In this document: piece after piece, positions 1-14,344 of the stretch
How positions within the stretch are numbered: the first letter of the stretch is position 1
Layout: the number at the start of each line of letters is the position of its first letter
DNA from: Octopus vulgaris
Lineage: Eukaryota
DNA: 64,000 nt
Direction: 5' to 3'
Assembly (NCBI GenBank): GCA_951406725.2
Contig: OX597815.1
Location: 89,032,001-89,096,000, forward strand
The notes under the pieces: model-generated
Database searches by the model: none
What the model was told of the DNA's origin: nothing
What the model saw: the letters and a program-made list of their open reading frames with translations, nothing else
Program-made: the position numbers and the translations under genes

Positions 1-500
1 GGTTTCCTGTTCTCACGTTCTGAATGTTTGAAGGATCCATCCGGCCAGGCCTCTGCATCTTATTGCCAACTTAGTCTTATGTAGCTGAAAAGAGGTCTTT
101 ATATCATTTCTCAGGTCGTGCACCGATTTTGATTCAAGGATTGCAATTCTCCTAAGCCAATGTATCCTGTGCGCGCTTCATTCAGTTTTGTAGGAAGGGC
201 TTGGGATTTTCTAGCATTAAACAGCATGCTATTTTCCTCAGCTTTCCTGTAAACTGCGTCCAACAACTGTTGCAGCTGCGCAATTTTTCCAGAGGTCTGT
301 ATCCTGTGAGAGACTTTTGAATCATCTGCATAGCTAGTAAGTGTGGCTATCTGAGCAGCTCAAGGCATGGCGCAGTGGACCACTATGAATAGCAGTGAAC
401 CTAAGGCTGTGCCCTGTGGAATTCCACTCACTATTGTGTTTTCTTAGTGGTAGCACCATTGGCGATCACTGCCTGACTTGTATCATTTAGAAAGTCGTTT
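1..500 (-). mobile_element. Degenerate CR1/L2-like LINE RT fragment (downstream part, split by RTE insertion)
   Basis: Minus strand reads GIPQGTALGSLLFIV...SYADDSKV...LFNARKSQ (RT motifs PQG and YADD), with stops and frameshifts. Confidence 0.8.
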
Positions 501-1753
501 TGTACTTTGTACTTGTGACGGCGTTCACCCAGGGTGGGTTGGGCGGGCTTCTTCTCTGGTCCTAACGGCATCACGAACCATGGCGGCCCACGCTCGACGG
601 TCCTGTGCGAGGTCACTGGAGATAGCGAGCCATTTGCGGTTCCATCTGCGCAGACCGACCACCTGCGGACCTGAGAGTTCGGAGAGGTCCTCCTTTATCG
701 TCGTTGCCCAGGTCTTCAGCTGCCTTCCCGTGCATTTGCGCCAGCTGGGAAGTGGAGGTGGGAGGAGGACATAGCGAATCAGCTCACCTTCTGGACGCCG
801 GGCCGCATGACCGAACCACCTTAAGCGCCGTTGTAGAAGCACCGAAGGGAGGGGCCGGAGATTCAGGCGATGACGAAGATCGGCTGTAGTTAGCGAAGAA
901 TGCGGCGGTGATAGTCATTGTCGAACACCGCCAGCCTTCGCTGATCGACTACCCTCATAGGCCATGTTTCACAACCATAGAGGAGGATAGTACGAACGAC
1001 GACCTGGTAGATTCACCCTTTGATCACCGAGGAGATCTCTCTTCTGTCTTGCTGGAGGCACACGAATGCGGATCTGACAACACCTATGCGACGCTCTACC
1101 TCGGCTGCGCCCTGGCCCGTTGGAACCACCGTTGAACCCAGGTAGACGAAGGACTCCACATCCTCCAGCTCCACACCTTCGAGAATGATTGGCCGCCATT
1201 CATCTGCTGCGACCAGAGATGCCATCACTTTGGTTTTGACAGCATTGATCCGAAGACCAACAGCTGCCGCTGCCGCATGCACCCTTTCGAGAGCATCTTG
1301 GACATCTGCCCGGCTAGAGCCCAAGAGCACGATGTCATCTGGGTAGGCCAAGTCCGTCACCACGACTCCTCTCTCAGCCTGTACGCCCGGGTAGTCCCGA
1401 TGTGCAGTGTTGAGAATGTAATCGATGGCGTAATTGAATAGGGTTGGCGAGAGCGCGCAACCCTGTCGAACACCGGTAGTGACATCAAACAACTCCGTCT
1501 CCTCGCCATAGACCCCCACACGAGCCCTTGCTGAACGATAGTAGCCCTGCATAATACGTCAGAGGGCTTCCCGATCCACCGAGTCGAAGGCAGCCGCAAA
1601 ATCGATGAAGCAGAGAATGGTAGGTTGTTGGTGCTCCCACCGCTGTTCCAAGACTCACCGGAGACAGAAGATTTGATCACTCTCTCCCGGGACGGAAGCT
1701 GTTCTGAGACAGACGAGTACGGACATCACGGATGGCCTGGAACCTCTTCAGAG
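501..1753 (-). mobile_element. 5'-truncated RTE-clade LINE with 7-bp TSD
   Basis: ORFs 1013-1552 (TGVRQGCALSPTLFN, LAYPDD, FVYLGS) and 525-842 (RRLRWFGHAARR...QDRRAW); (CAAGTA)-like tail; GTCGTTT at 494-500 and 1754-1760. Confidence 0.9.
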
Positions 1754-2065
1754 GTCGTTTAGCCACTGTTCATGTCTTCTGACTTTGCCAAGATCACGCA
1801 GTTTGTGGTTTATCATACCATGGTCGAGTTTATCAAAGGCTTTTGCAAAGTCAAGATATACCACACCCACATCTGAGTTGTTGGGTAGCTACTTTAACAC
1901 ACAGACATAGTCCTCGAAGGGCTGTGTCAGGCAGCTTCTACCTGGTCATTCTCTTCAAGAAACGTAATTTGTTGCCAGCAGACTATTCGTTCCATGACGT
2001 TGCTGATGTATTAGGTCAAAGACATAGGCCTATAATTTTGAGCGTCCGTTCTGCTTCCACCTTTA
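1754..2065 (-). mobile_element. Upstream continuation of the CR1/L2-like LINE
   Basis: Minus strand reads VAYLDFAKAFDKLDHGMINHKL...EQWL, which joins NDFLNDTSQAV at ~500 once the RTE is removed. Confidence 0.8.
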
Positions 2066-2388
2066 TTACATACACACATACAAATACACAGACACAAGCG
2101 TGCGCGAACACACACGTATCTCACACACACACGTTCATGTATATGCATATGCATGAGTATATAGATATATATATTCAGGGCGATGAAATTAAACTAAATA
2201 TCAAAACAAAATGCGCAACATTTTAGATAGCATGTTCGCGCTTGTATACGTTAATAATTATATCTCGAATAAATCTCCCGATGTTGTGAAATTATCAGGG
2301 CTGCATACGTTCATATATGCTAACAGACCAGTTCATTCAAAGAGATGCATTCATAAAATATTCATAAAATTACATGTAGACAATTGTA

Positions 2389-2433
<45 letters not shown>

Positions 2434-3219
2434 CACACACACACACACATATATATAATATCAAGCGCGCGCGTGCACACACACGCATATATGCCAGTTA
2501 GTACATGTTATATATACATATATACATTTTTGTTAACATAGACTGCAGACATATGAACACATATTTGCGTGTATATATGTGCGTGTGCATATCCATTTGT
2601 TTCTGTATTCAAATGTATATGCATACATACATACATACATACATACACACATACATATACATACATACATATATCTGTATATTTACGTACATCCCTCTCT
2701 CTCTATATATGTAATTATGTGCTCACACACATCACAATGTATGTGATGTATCTCTATGCATATTTGTCATATCACGAGGGAATGTATCATACAATACATA
2801 CGCATAGCTTTTTTTACATTCTTGTTGTCTTACTAAATCGTGATACATTTTCCATTTCTGCAACGCGTCATTTCCGTGTTCGTGAGATTCTATTGGTACT
2901 TATATAAGCACAGAAGAGCTATTAGCAATTATAACATTTGCATATACGCACTTACATGTGTATACACGTATACGTACGAACGTACTACGAACGTACGTAC
3001 GTACGTACCTACCTAACTAACTAACTACATGCATACATACATACATACATATATTTGTATGCCTGTGTGTGTATGTATATGTGTGTGTCTATGACTGTCT
3101 ATGAGCGTGCTTGTGTGTGTATGCGTTTATGTATATGTGTTGCTTGAGTATGTGTTTATTTGAAGGAATATATGTATATGTGTGCATATACACAGGTGTG
3201 TATATATTCATATATATGC

Positions 3220-3283
<64 letters not shown>

Positions 3284-3375
3284 ATATATATGTATATATA
3301 TAGTGAATGACAGCGGTACACATATATAAAGGCATACACACACATACACACACACACACACATATGTATGAATGT
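2065..3375. repeat. Compound (TA)n/(CA)n/(TACA)n microsatellite field
   Basis: Seen directly; the ORFs called here are low-complexity artefacts. Confidence 0.95.
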
Positions 3376-6300
3376 ATATGCAAGAAGGGCCATCACTTGT
3401 AGATCTTTATATTTTGACAAGCGTGTTTGTTGCTTTATATTTTTGGATATGCACTTATTTACAGGTGTATAATTTCGGGAATGATTTACACATATTTATA
3501 GTTCCACAACTGCTATATAATTGTAATTTCCTATTTGAAACGCACCCTGTCGTGGTTCGGGAATCCGACGTATGTACTGGGGGCACCTGTTAGTTATAAA
3601 TGAAATATTTATTCCGGATATATCCTTCCTTGGTTGTGGATTACCATACTGCTGCTTAGTTGTAAATCTATAAGTATATTTCTCTTGTATTATCTGTATA
3701 GTTCTCATGACTTCGGCAAATATATGATTTTTCATTGCTCTTTAAAATTCTGTGAATAGGTATTGCATTTTTATTTCTTTTTTCCGAAGACAAAATATTT
3801 ATTTTGTTTATTCTGGAAGAATCACTGTTTGAAGAGACAGCTTAGCAACCAGATCAAGCTTGTGTCTTTACATGGTCCAGATTACTCTTTGCCTTTTTAC
3901 TGGGGTAGATTTCATTTATGTCATTTGATATTTGATGGAGTAATTTGCATTCATTTACTTCTATCGCTTCGGAACGATTTACCTCCCACTTACGACCATA
4001 GGGATATTATGAGTTATGAAGGGTGATGCAAAGAAGAATACATATCAAATGTTCTAGTCGAAACCTTCTTAAAATTTACAGTTATGTCCTTAGGGAGAGA
4101 AAAAAAAGTTGCCCAATAGACACCCCAGATTAGATCGCTGGAATATTCATAGTACACTACTATTAAAACTTTGTATTACTACATCATATGCTCTTGAATT
4201 GCCGAAGGGCTATTAGCTTATCAAGCTTCCGAAGCCGATAAAAGACGCAGAAATAATATATTGGAGTCGATTTAATTGATTATAATCTCTCTTTCCATTA
4301 AATATAAGTCTTATGTCAAAGTTAAATCCCAATATCAATAATTAATTGTTCAAGTCATCATTGCAGAATTAACAGCTAAGGGAAATTCTAACTGACATAT
4401 TGCGAAATCAATTGATTCCAAAATTATATAGTCAAATATGATATGTAATTCCAGGCAATCTAATTATTGATTTCTCACTCTAAAACAAGGTCAAATCCTG
4501 GGGAGAATGCATTATTTTATCATCCTGGAGGAAATGAAATGCAAAGCTAACATTAAATTTGTTTGAACTCAGAACCTATTTATTTGCCGGAATACTATCA
4601 TTCATTCATTGCTCTTACTATAAGTGGAACGCATTGCCAATGAAGAGACACAATAACAGTGACGAGACTATCTCAAACAGTCTTTCTATTGCTAATATAT
4701 TAGTAACTTCATTGCTGTAGAGAGTAGTAAACTGTCAGAGTCGCTAGATAGTTGGACGTTCTCAGTTTCATTTTACAGACATTTACATTCAAATTTCATA
4801 TTTCAGCAAAGTCAACTTCGATTTACGCTCTTCCTAAGATAACAAAACAAATAAATACTCATGTTAACTCAACGGACTTTGACTTTGAACTAAAATATAC
4901 CCACTTCATTAGTAAACTAGAGTTAAGTTGATATACTTTACTTGAGCTGTGCGCCACATTTCATGTAAGTATCGACCACTACATTTCGATCGTAATATTT
5001 TTCCAATATATATTTGTGAACATTTTCAGATGTCATATTTTTACTTACATACATATCCTTCTCCAAGAATTGAGCTCTGTCACCTTTATTACTTGTAAAA
5101 TATTTACTATCTCCTCACTGTTATTACATTGACGAATATATTAAGAAGCACACTCGAACTAAGTGAAAAAATATGGATTAGTTTTCCGATTGACGAAATC
5201 TAGCGTTAGTGCAATATGAAATGAAAACAGGATGACTCAATAGTGATAAATATGTTGGTATGACAGATATAAATTATGGCGTTCTTAACACTTGTTTATA
5301 ACGTTTTAATTTTAGCATATATAGTGTTGATATCTTCTCAGCAATATCTTGCGGTCATAGATGATAATTTTAATGTCCAACGTACTTTTTCAATTTTAGT
5401 CATTTTTATCCTAATACCCAAACGACCAAATATTAAACCTCTTTCCTCATATTACCAAAGAAATACGACATAGACAGCTTGTTTCAACATTTTCTAATAT
5501 AATTGAATTAAATCTGTGTCTGCTAAGACGTCTATAATCTCATTCTTCAGATTCCATCGTTTACGTCGTTACACTTATATTGATGAAAGCGCTGCATTGC
5601 TTCGCAAGGTTTGCGGTGTGAAAAGAAAACTACATTGCTTCCGACATTCTATTCAGCTGTTGAATACAAGCTGTATTAAAGGAGGATTAGATATTGCCTT
5701 TCGTGTGGATGACTGGCAGATTCTCTTTTCAGAACTTTTCATTTACCATAACTTCTCAAACACATTGAATATCGTTGAAATAAAATAAAACATTCATTTC
5801 AATTGCCCAAGTGTACGATCAAATAATCGGAGATCTTTCGTGGGGATCCAGGGAAACCATCAAGGAAAATCTTTTATCTTCAATACATTTAATTTAAAAG
5901 TTCTTAATTTCCCGCTTCGCTTATTCTTTATATAATATACCTATTATTTGATTTGCAATAAGTAAGCCACAGGTCTTATATTTCCTTTTATCTTGAAATT
6001 GAGCTTAATTTATTCATTTCCTAATAACGCACCTAGCTTTATACTATTTGGCTCAATAAAGCCGCAGCAAATGCATTAAGATTCGTTCAAACATTAACTT
6101 TCAGCAATGTTACATGGATTCACCTTAATCAATAAGATCAGAAATATTATTTTTATTAAGAAAGGACAGTAAATACAACTGTTTTGATTGAGTTCTAAGC
6201 TGTGCAGCAAACAGTTGAAAACAATATAGATTTGAGTTAACAAACTAATTTTAGTTATAATAACATTGCATCAGCATGCTAACTGAATAAAAATGTCAAT

Positions 6301-6503
6301 AATGGTGCGCTTTATTTACTCGACACAAGATAATTATACATTAATCAAAATAGGTTTGTTGGGGAATGTGAAAGAATATAAGGTGCGTACGCATATATGC
6401 AAGCGCATACAGATGCTGGAAGATGTTTACACTCGCACACACACATATTTCACATGTGTGTCTATGTTGTATGTGTATTATGTATATGTATGTATTGTAT
6501 ATA

Positions 6504-6548
<45 letters not shown>

Positions 6549-6787
6549 GCATACACACACACACATATATATATACATACAATATAAAGATACATACACC
6601 CACATATACGCTACATACATACGCACATATTTATACACTTATAAAAATAGATTAACTCAGAAAAAAATGTTATTTACAAGAATGTTTAAAAATGTTTAAA
6701 GACATGTACATTAAAATACGCTTCGTTAATATATTCTGTGGAGTTTTAAATTCTTTAAAAAAATCTATTGTACATATGGATGATGAT

Positions 6788-6868
6788 AAGCAGGTATCAA
6801 CGTACACTGATGGGCATTGAATTGTTCAAGCAGGTATCAACGTACAAGATGGGCATTGAATTGTTCAA
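6788..6868. repeat. ~40-bp tandem duplication
   Basis: AAGCAGGTATCAACGTACA(CT/A)GATGGGCATTGAATTGTTC occurs twice. Confidence 0.9.
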
Positions 6869-7064
6869 TCAACTAAGATTCATACTCATTGAATTCACAC
6901 GTGGACAATGTTTAGTCGAATATATATATATACAACCTTAGACTGACTTCAGATTACATAGTTTGTATGAGGAAATCCTTCGCTTATTAAAGCATTTAAG
7001 ACACACACACATAAAAATATTTAGAAGAGATAAATCCTAAATGCCAAATTTTATTTTATTTTTA

Positions 7065-7143
7065 TTCACCTGAAGAGAATTTTTTTTTTACATGATGTAA
7101 TTTGTTCATCATAAAGAAACACGTCTGAAACAGCCGTGGTAAA
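7065..7143 (+). ncRNA. Degenerate type I hammerhead motif with long stem II
   Basis: ttcac CTGAAGA [ATGATG/CATCAT hairpin] GAAAC AGCC GTG gtaaa; the cleavage triplet is mutated. Confidence 0.45.
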
Positions 7144-7168
7144 CCTCAGCCCATTCGTGTTATTATTT

Positions 7169-7233
<65 letters not shown>

Positions 7234-7234
7234 A

Positions 7235-7264
<30 letters not shown>

Positions 7265-7265
<1 letters not shown>

Positions 7266-7600
7266 GAATACAAGATAATATAACGGATAATATAAATGAA
7301 TATTATGGATTATTGCAGAAGAATAACCAAGGAAGTATATAGAGATTTCAAGACCCTCATCAAAAGTAATTTTTTATTTTTTATTTATATTTCAAACAAA
7401 CACCACTTTACAGTTTTACTTCAAATTAAAAAAAACAAAAAACTATCATTCGATATGTTATACAATATTCATATTTTATATCTGTGAAGAGCAGAAGCGT
7501 TGTCTATAAATGCTTATCAATATAGGATTTCATTATAAGGACATCTCTTCTGGGAAACGATCGTAAGATGCTTTAAATAATTAATTCAAAACTTTTAAAC
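7265..7600 (+). mobile_element. Penelope-like element 3' end / pseudo-LTR remnant
   Basis: RRITKEVY..DFK resembles the C-terminus of PLE GIY-YIG domains; followed by a hammerhead motif; flanked by microsatellite. Confidence 0.45.
7478..7571 (+). ncRNA. Type I hammerhead motif (C3G-mutated) with long stem II and palindromic stem III
   Basis: ATATCT GTGAAGA GCAGAAG...CTTCTGG GAAAC GATC GTA AGATGC. Confidence 0.65.
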
Positions 7601-7777
7601 TGTCATATACATTATATATTTATACTTATACATATTAACATATATTTTTATACATATTTATATTTATTTATTTTTATATTTTTAATGCAACAACTATTGT
7701 CACACGTGTGTATCTTTCTGAGGAGTTTTGATATTGATTTTCTAATATTAATAATAATAATATATTATTAAAAAAAA

Positions 7778-7824
<47 letters not shown>

Positions 7825-7835
7825 TCATATATATA

Positions 7836-7889
<54 letters not shown>

Positions 7890-8769
7890 TGTATCTGGTG
7901 TGTGTGTGTGTTTGTGTGCACTTACATGTATAAGCCTATACAATTTCTATACTGCGGTCGAGATTTGTCGGACTGCGAACAAGGGAGCTTCTTGCTCAAT
8001 ATGTAATAGATAATTATTCGAATATGTTTTTAAAGAAAAGTTTTTTTTATATAATGTTATTCTCAAACATTTTCAGTGTTTTAAAGTTTGAATCATTGGA
8101 AACGCAGACGCAGTCAATACGACGAACGAATACAGTTTTCGTCAAGACAGTTTCTTAATCAAATGTCTCTCCGACTCGAGACTATGAAAGAAAATATTTC
8201 CCGTAGTTATCGCATAGTGAATATCGAAGCCGGCACCACCTGTTTCCGATGCTAACTTCGTAATCATTTATTTCTATATATTATATGCACCAATGACAAA
8301 GCTAGATAACAATGAACAGTAAACTGGTAGCTAAAATATCAGAGCATGATATAATCATTGTATATTACAATGGCTATTAGAAGTTAACTCAGCATTACTT
8401 TATGTGAAGTAAATCATAAGAGATGTTACATAAAATATTCACATTATGTATGTAGAAACTTTTGCTTGAAATGGTATTTGAAATCCACAGACGGAAATAT
8501 CACAAATAAAACATGAAGTTACTATTGAGAAATTACAATTAGGTATTATTCAATAGCTGGTTGTAAAGCATGAATGATTTCTCTTCCATCTTGTTTATCG
8601 AGAATTTATATAGTAAATTCGGATGTATTATACCGAGAGCTCGGTCCGCACAATAAGTGCACATAAATATTATCAGAAAGGTCGAGTATCCATCTATTGT
8701 AAAGCCTAACCTATGATTTATCCAACGGTTGAATTACATGGGTGCTAGTAATTATGTTTACTTTTCAAG

Positions 8770-9796
8770 TATACATGAATGTGTGCGCGTATGTAGTGTG
8801 TGTGTGCATGAGTGAGGGGGAGAGAGAGAGAGGGAGAGAGAGAATGAGAGAGAGAGAATGAGAGAGAGAGAGAGAAAGAAAGGGACAGAAAGAGAGAGAC
8901 AGAGAGAAAGAGAGAGAGAGAAAGAGAGAGGGTGCGTATGTATACTCGCAATAAAAAATATATATACATATATATATATATTTATGTATATATATGTATA
9001 TATATATATGTATATATATATATATGTATATATATATATACATACATATACATGTATGCACACACACACATATATATTAATATAATACATACACACATAC
9101 ATATATACGTGCGTGTATGTGCCTGTCGTGTACATATGTGCAGACACACAAAAATACAGGAGCACACACATATTATCTCCCAATATTATTTTGGTGGAAG
9201 CCACTATGATCTTGGTCATATAGATACAAAGCTATACATTTTATACTCTTTGTTGATATTTTTATTATGTTCCTGGAGCTAATTTGTTTTATTTTCCTTT
9301 CTTGATATTGTAGTTCTCTTGCTAATATTTGTATTGCTGGTTTTCTGCGAATCTGTCCATATATTTGAAATTGATATTTTAGTGGCGCGCTCGAAGCCTT
9401 GCTATATTTATTTTATACTTGGTTATAAATATATGTATATATAGTTATAATAATATATTATGTAATATATTTATTCTGTTTCCATATATCAAACTTCTCT
9501 CTGCCAATCTATATATTTGCCCTTACATCGGTTTGTCTTTCCTACTTTCAACATTGGAGTTGAAGAACCAACTTTTTGTCCATCCCTCTGTCGTTCTATA
9601 TATGTATGTAAGTATGAATGTATGTATGTATGTATGTAGGTATGTATGTATGTATGTATGTATGTATGTATGTATGTATGTATGTATGTATGTATGTATG
9701 TATGTATGTATGTATGTATTTATGTATGTATGTATGTATGTATGTATGTATGTATGTATGCATGTATGTATGTATGTATATATGTATGTGTGTTTG

Positions 9797-9827
<31 letters not shown>

Positions 9828-10753
9828 ATCTATCGAGACATACAGAAAAACATATATTTTCATTTATGCATTTCTATATGTCATGTAATATGTATTTATG
9901 TGTCCGAGTGCGCATGCGGCGTGTACGTATACATATGTTCATATATATGTGCGGATAATTGTACACGTACATATATGTGTGTGTGTGTCTGCACATACAT
10001 ATGCAAACATTCGCACGTCCATATGTAGATTCCCTAAATAAATCAAACATCAATGGAGTTTTATGAGTCAGCCATCGTAAATATAGCTTTTACTGTTATG
10101 AACAGAACTGTATATTACTCACGAATACTTCAGTTAAGCAGTTGCTGAATTATATCTTCATTCTTGGTGTGGTAAACAACGAATACAGAAAGGTAGAGAA
10201 TAACTTGATTTTAAAAGCTTTTTCCAATACATTTGTTGACTTTGGGGGCTTTCTACAACAGAAACTGTCAGCAAGAGAAACTCCTCGGTCAGTAATGCCA
10301 TGTGAACAGGTCATGAGTTTCACAAACATGCTTCGCAAAAGCCGATATTCGATTATATTTCAATAAGCGTGTTCCCTATTGAATACAATATTCTGCTAGA
10401 TATGAATGCTGTTGCAGGCATAAATGGATATTTAGCTTTGGTGGTGTGTGAAGCACGGAAAAGATGATATGGTTCATCCAACGAGATTTTTTTTTCGAAA
10501 GAATAATAAGTGTACGAAAATATGAATAAAATAAAAGCAGTATCGCTCGAATATCCCGATATCTAAAGTAGAAAAAGAAGGGCCAGACACACACACACAC
10601 ACACACAGACACACACACACATACACGCACAAACACACAGAGGCACACACGCGCACACACATATACACTCGTGCAAACACGCACACATATATGCATATAT
10701 ATGTATATATGAGTCTGTATATGCCTTTATATTTATATGCATATATGTGGGTG

Positions 10754-10789
<36 letters not shown>

Positions 10790-10911
10790 CATTGACATAT
10801 ATACATGCATGTATACATACATACAGAGAGAGAGAGAGAGAGGGGGGGGAGACATGTATATAGAGGGACTGTTCTAAAAGTGCTGTTGTCTTTCTATATA
10901 TGTATATGTAG

Positions 10912-10946
<35 letters not shown>

Positions 10947-10948
10947 TG

Positions 10949-11004
<56 letters not shown>

Positions 11005-11680
11005 TATATTGATATATATATATATATAATTATATATATTTAAATAGATATATAGGCAAACAACAGCAATTTATGAACAGTCCTTCTACATACTTCTCTC
11101 TCATATATATCTATGTATATATACAACATATATATATATACATATGTATAGGTATATATATTATATATCTTAAATACGTATATGTGTTTGTAGGATGTGT
11201 CTCGATATATCATTGTGTTTATTATATCTACTATCACTAAATAACACTGACATATATGTCTATATATGTGTATACATATTATATATGTGCGCGCGTGTGC
11301 GTGTTTAAGAATATTTATATGAATGCTTATACATATGCCTATATTTCATATATCTATAAGATGTCACACTCAGACACACACACATATAAAATATATACGT
11401 ATATGCATATATATCCATATATTTCTCTTCCTCACACTGTTTCTTTCTTCTATATTCATGCATACACATATACATACATCCGTATTTTCACGCACACAAA
11501 TACACACGCACACACACACACAGATCTATATTCAAATATGCGTATCTGTCTGTCTATCTGTCTCTCTCTACATACATACATACATACATACATACATACA
11601 TACATACATACACACATACACACATACATACATACATACATACATATATACATACAGCTATATTTTACCAACATAAATAC
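8770..11680. repeat. Microsatellite-rich block: (GA)n, (TA)n, (TATG)n, (CA)n, (TACA)n
   Basis: Seen directly, e.g. (TATG)n at 9600-9790. Confidence 0.9.
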
Positions 11681-12372
11681 TTGCTGATATATGGATGCAA
11701 GTTTTTTTTTCCCGTTCCTGGAATTCTCACATCATTGGGTACCGTTATATGATGTAACTAATATTCAGCTCTCTGTATATAAAGGTAAGCCCATTCCCAT
11801 ACACATTACTGTTGATCTATCAGAGAGACAGAATTATATAACAGAAGGTATAAGTATTGTATTTATTTTGTCAGTTGTCGACTTATTTTATCGAATTTGG
11901 AAGGATGAAAGACGGATTTGATCTAAAAATAATAGTAATAATATTAATTGTTTCAAATTTTGTCACAGGACAAACAATTTCAGTGATCCCAATACTTGAC
12001 TTGTACATCATTTCATAGATTCCGAAAGAATAGAAAGCAATGTTAACCTCGACGGTATTCGAACTGAGAACGCAAATAATTGGATGAACTACCGTAAGGA
12101 AAATGGTCCAACGTTTTAATGGTTCCGTCAGGAGCTGAAATGAGAAACGGTTTGCATAACAACAAGTGCCCGGGAATAACTGTTCAGACAAATACTATTT
12201 CAACGCTGCAGGGTTTCCAAACAGCGCTGGTCTGTGGTATGCAACATTGGAAGAATTATAATACATTGGAAAATACAGAATCATCACAAAACTTAGCACA
12301 TGCTTAGCAAAACTTAGCAAATAGAAATACACTCAATAATACAGTCACTACTCGCAATACACTGATACAAAA

Positions 12373-12519
<147 letters not shown>

Positions 12520-12790
12520 TTCAAATTTTGGTTCAAGGCTAGAGATTTCGGGGAGGGATAAGTCGATTACATCGACCCATGTATTCGACTTGCCCTTGGT
12601 AGTGTTATTGCTTTCGTAGTTGTTGCAGTTGTTGCTCTTGCAACTGGTTTTCCTGTATCCTTTTGCTGTTTCTTATGTCGTTATTTCTCTTGTCTTTGCT
12701 ACTTCTGTTGCCTTATTGCCGGAAGGATGAAAAGCAAAGTGAACCCCTGCGGAATTTGAACTCAGAAATTAAAACCATAAGAAATGTATA
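12520..12790 (-). mobile_element. Interrupted tRNA-derived SINE
   Basis: AGTCGATTACATCGACCC and GGATGAAAAGCAAAG...GAATTTGAACTCAGAA motifs shared with other copies in the window; ~125-bp foreign insert. Confidence 0.75.
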
Positions 12791-13665
12791 TCCATCAGCT
12801 CCTCTTCGTGTTTCTGGGGTAACTTAGCTTTCATGTATCCACGTACTCCACACTGAAAACATATGGAAGGTCTTCATGCCACTACAACTCTTAGCTTTGT
12901 CTCGTACGGTAACACTAATTCCTTTGCAATTTTGTGGAGGTCAGGTAAACTGATGTGGACCGTTACCCCAAAATTTTACCTTCTTGCGATTTTAAGTATT
13001 TTAGTTTCCACTTTTGTATTATAGAGGATGGCTGCCACTAGCCACGCCTCGTCAATTTCTGGAGGCACTCTACAAATCCTAACTCTGGCCGCACGTTTGC
13101 CACAGTAGGTTGGTAGCAGTACCCACACGGTAGATATCAAAGGCACAGTGAAGTGTTTTATCACTTCTTGTTCACTCACAAAGCGTACCTACACTGTGCT
13201 ATATTTCTTCCCTCTGGTGTAATACGTAGTTAGGCTTTTGATTTCTTTCAAGCATTCTTCGACTGCCTCTGCAGCAGCTATTAACTCTTTTTGTAATAAT
13301 AGACAGTGTTCTGTATATTACTGTCCTTTTTTCCGTTTTTTTTTCCCATAATTTCATTGGGCGGCGTCAACCTCAGGCTGTCTCACTCCTTTCGTAACAA
13401 TTCATTATATTTCTTAAAATTTGTGTCGTTCAGTTTCATTTCTCTAACTTTCAAGACATCTGCCGTTAGACTGCTGGAACTGGTTGACTTTCCATAATGT
13501 TGATATTCACAACTTCACCCATAAATAGGGAATAAAATAAAAATTCACAGGTAACAATTCAGTAATACAACAATTAGGTGCGGTAGACCTTCAACAATTT
13601 AAACAACAGCAAGACTCACATGAAGCGAACACACATCAAATGCAACAAGGAATCAAGTGACTCGA
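12790..13665 (-). mobile_element. Tx1/L1-like element: 5' UTR and ORF1 fragment
   Basis: EAVEECL...RGKKYSTV.VRF aligns with EAVEMCL...RGVKYAIIEVRF in ORF1 of the element at 26-30.7 kb. Confidence 0.65.
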
Positions 13666-14064
13666 CAACAACACCAACCTCTGCTGCTATTGTTGATGTT
13701 GCTTGCCGCTTTAGCCTAGTGTAATTATTTGGATTTTGAACTTCCAACTTTTGAAAATTGCTTTCTTTCCTTTCCAAATGCTGTAGTTGTCTTTGCGCAA
13801 AATCCTACAGTTCTCTTCAATTTGCTGACTGTGGAAGTTGGCATCGTGTTTGTAAAACAAATGTTTTTCGAAACAAAATGTAAATTTGAGTCTCAAAAGA
13901 TGGGAAACTAAGACAGCAACAACAAGCCCTATGTCTCCTGCTGGCTTCAATAAGTTAATAAAATTCATAAAATTTTGAACACATAATATAAACGAACGAA
14001 TACGCTAATGAGCGACTCATAAAGACGTGTTATTGTCATCACGAAAAAGACAAAATTTAAAAAA

Positions 14065-14224
14065 ATATTTTTGGTACAAAGTAAATAAATGTAGGGAGAG
14101 GGGTTTAGTCGATTACCTCGGCCTCAGTACTTCGGCTGAATTTGAACTGAGAACGTAAAGACCTAGAAGGAATGCAGATAAGTGTTTAGTCCGACAAGCT
14201 AGGCCTCGGCAATGTCGCCTCCCT
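14065..14224 (-). mobile_element. SINE fragment
   Basis: TAGTCGATTACCTCG...GAATTTGAACTGAGAACGT family motifs. Confidence 0.7.
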
Positions 14225-14239
14225 AATAATAATAATGAT

Positions 14240-14316
<77 letters not shown>

Positions 14317-14344
14317 TAATAATAATAATAATAATAATAATAAT
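14225..14344. repeat. (TAA)n(CAA)n(TAA)n array, Dong-type target
   Basis: Seen directly. Confidence 0.95.

Noticed and set aside
3376-4030. Possible very old PLE coding remnant on the minus strand
   Set aside because: No diagnostic motif could be read with confidence
5468-5556. Minus-strand CTGAAGA...GAAAC AAGCT GTC
   Set aside because: Stems I and II do not pair; probably chance or too decayed to call
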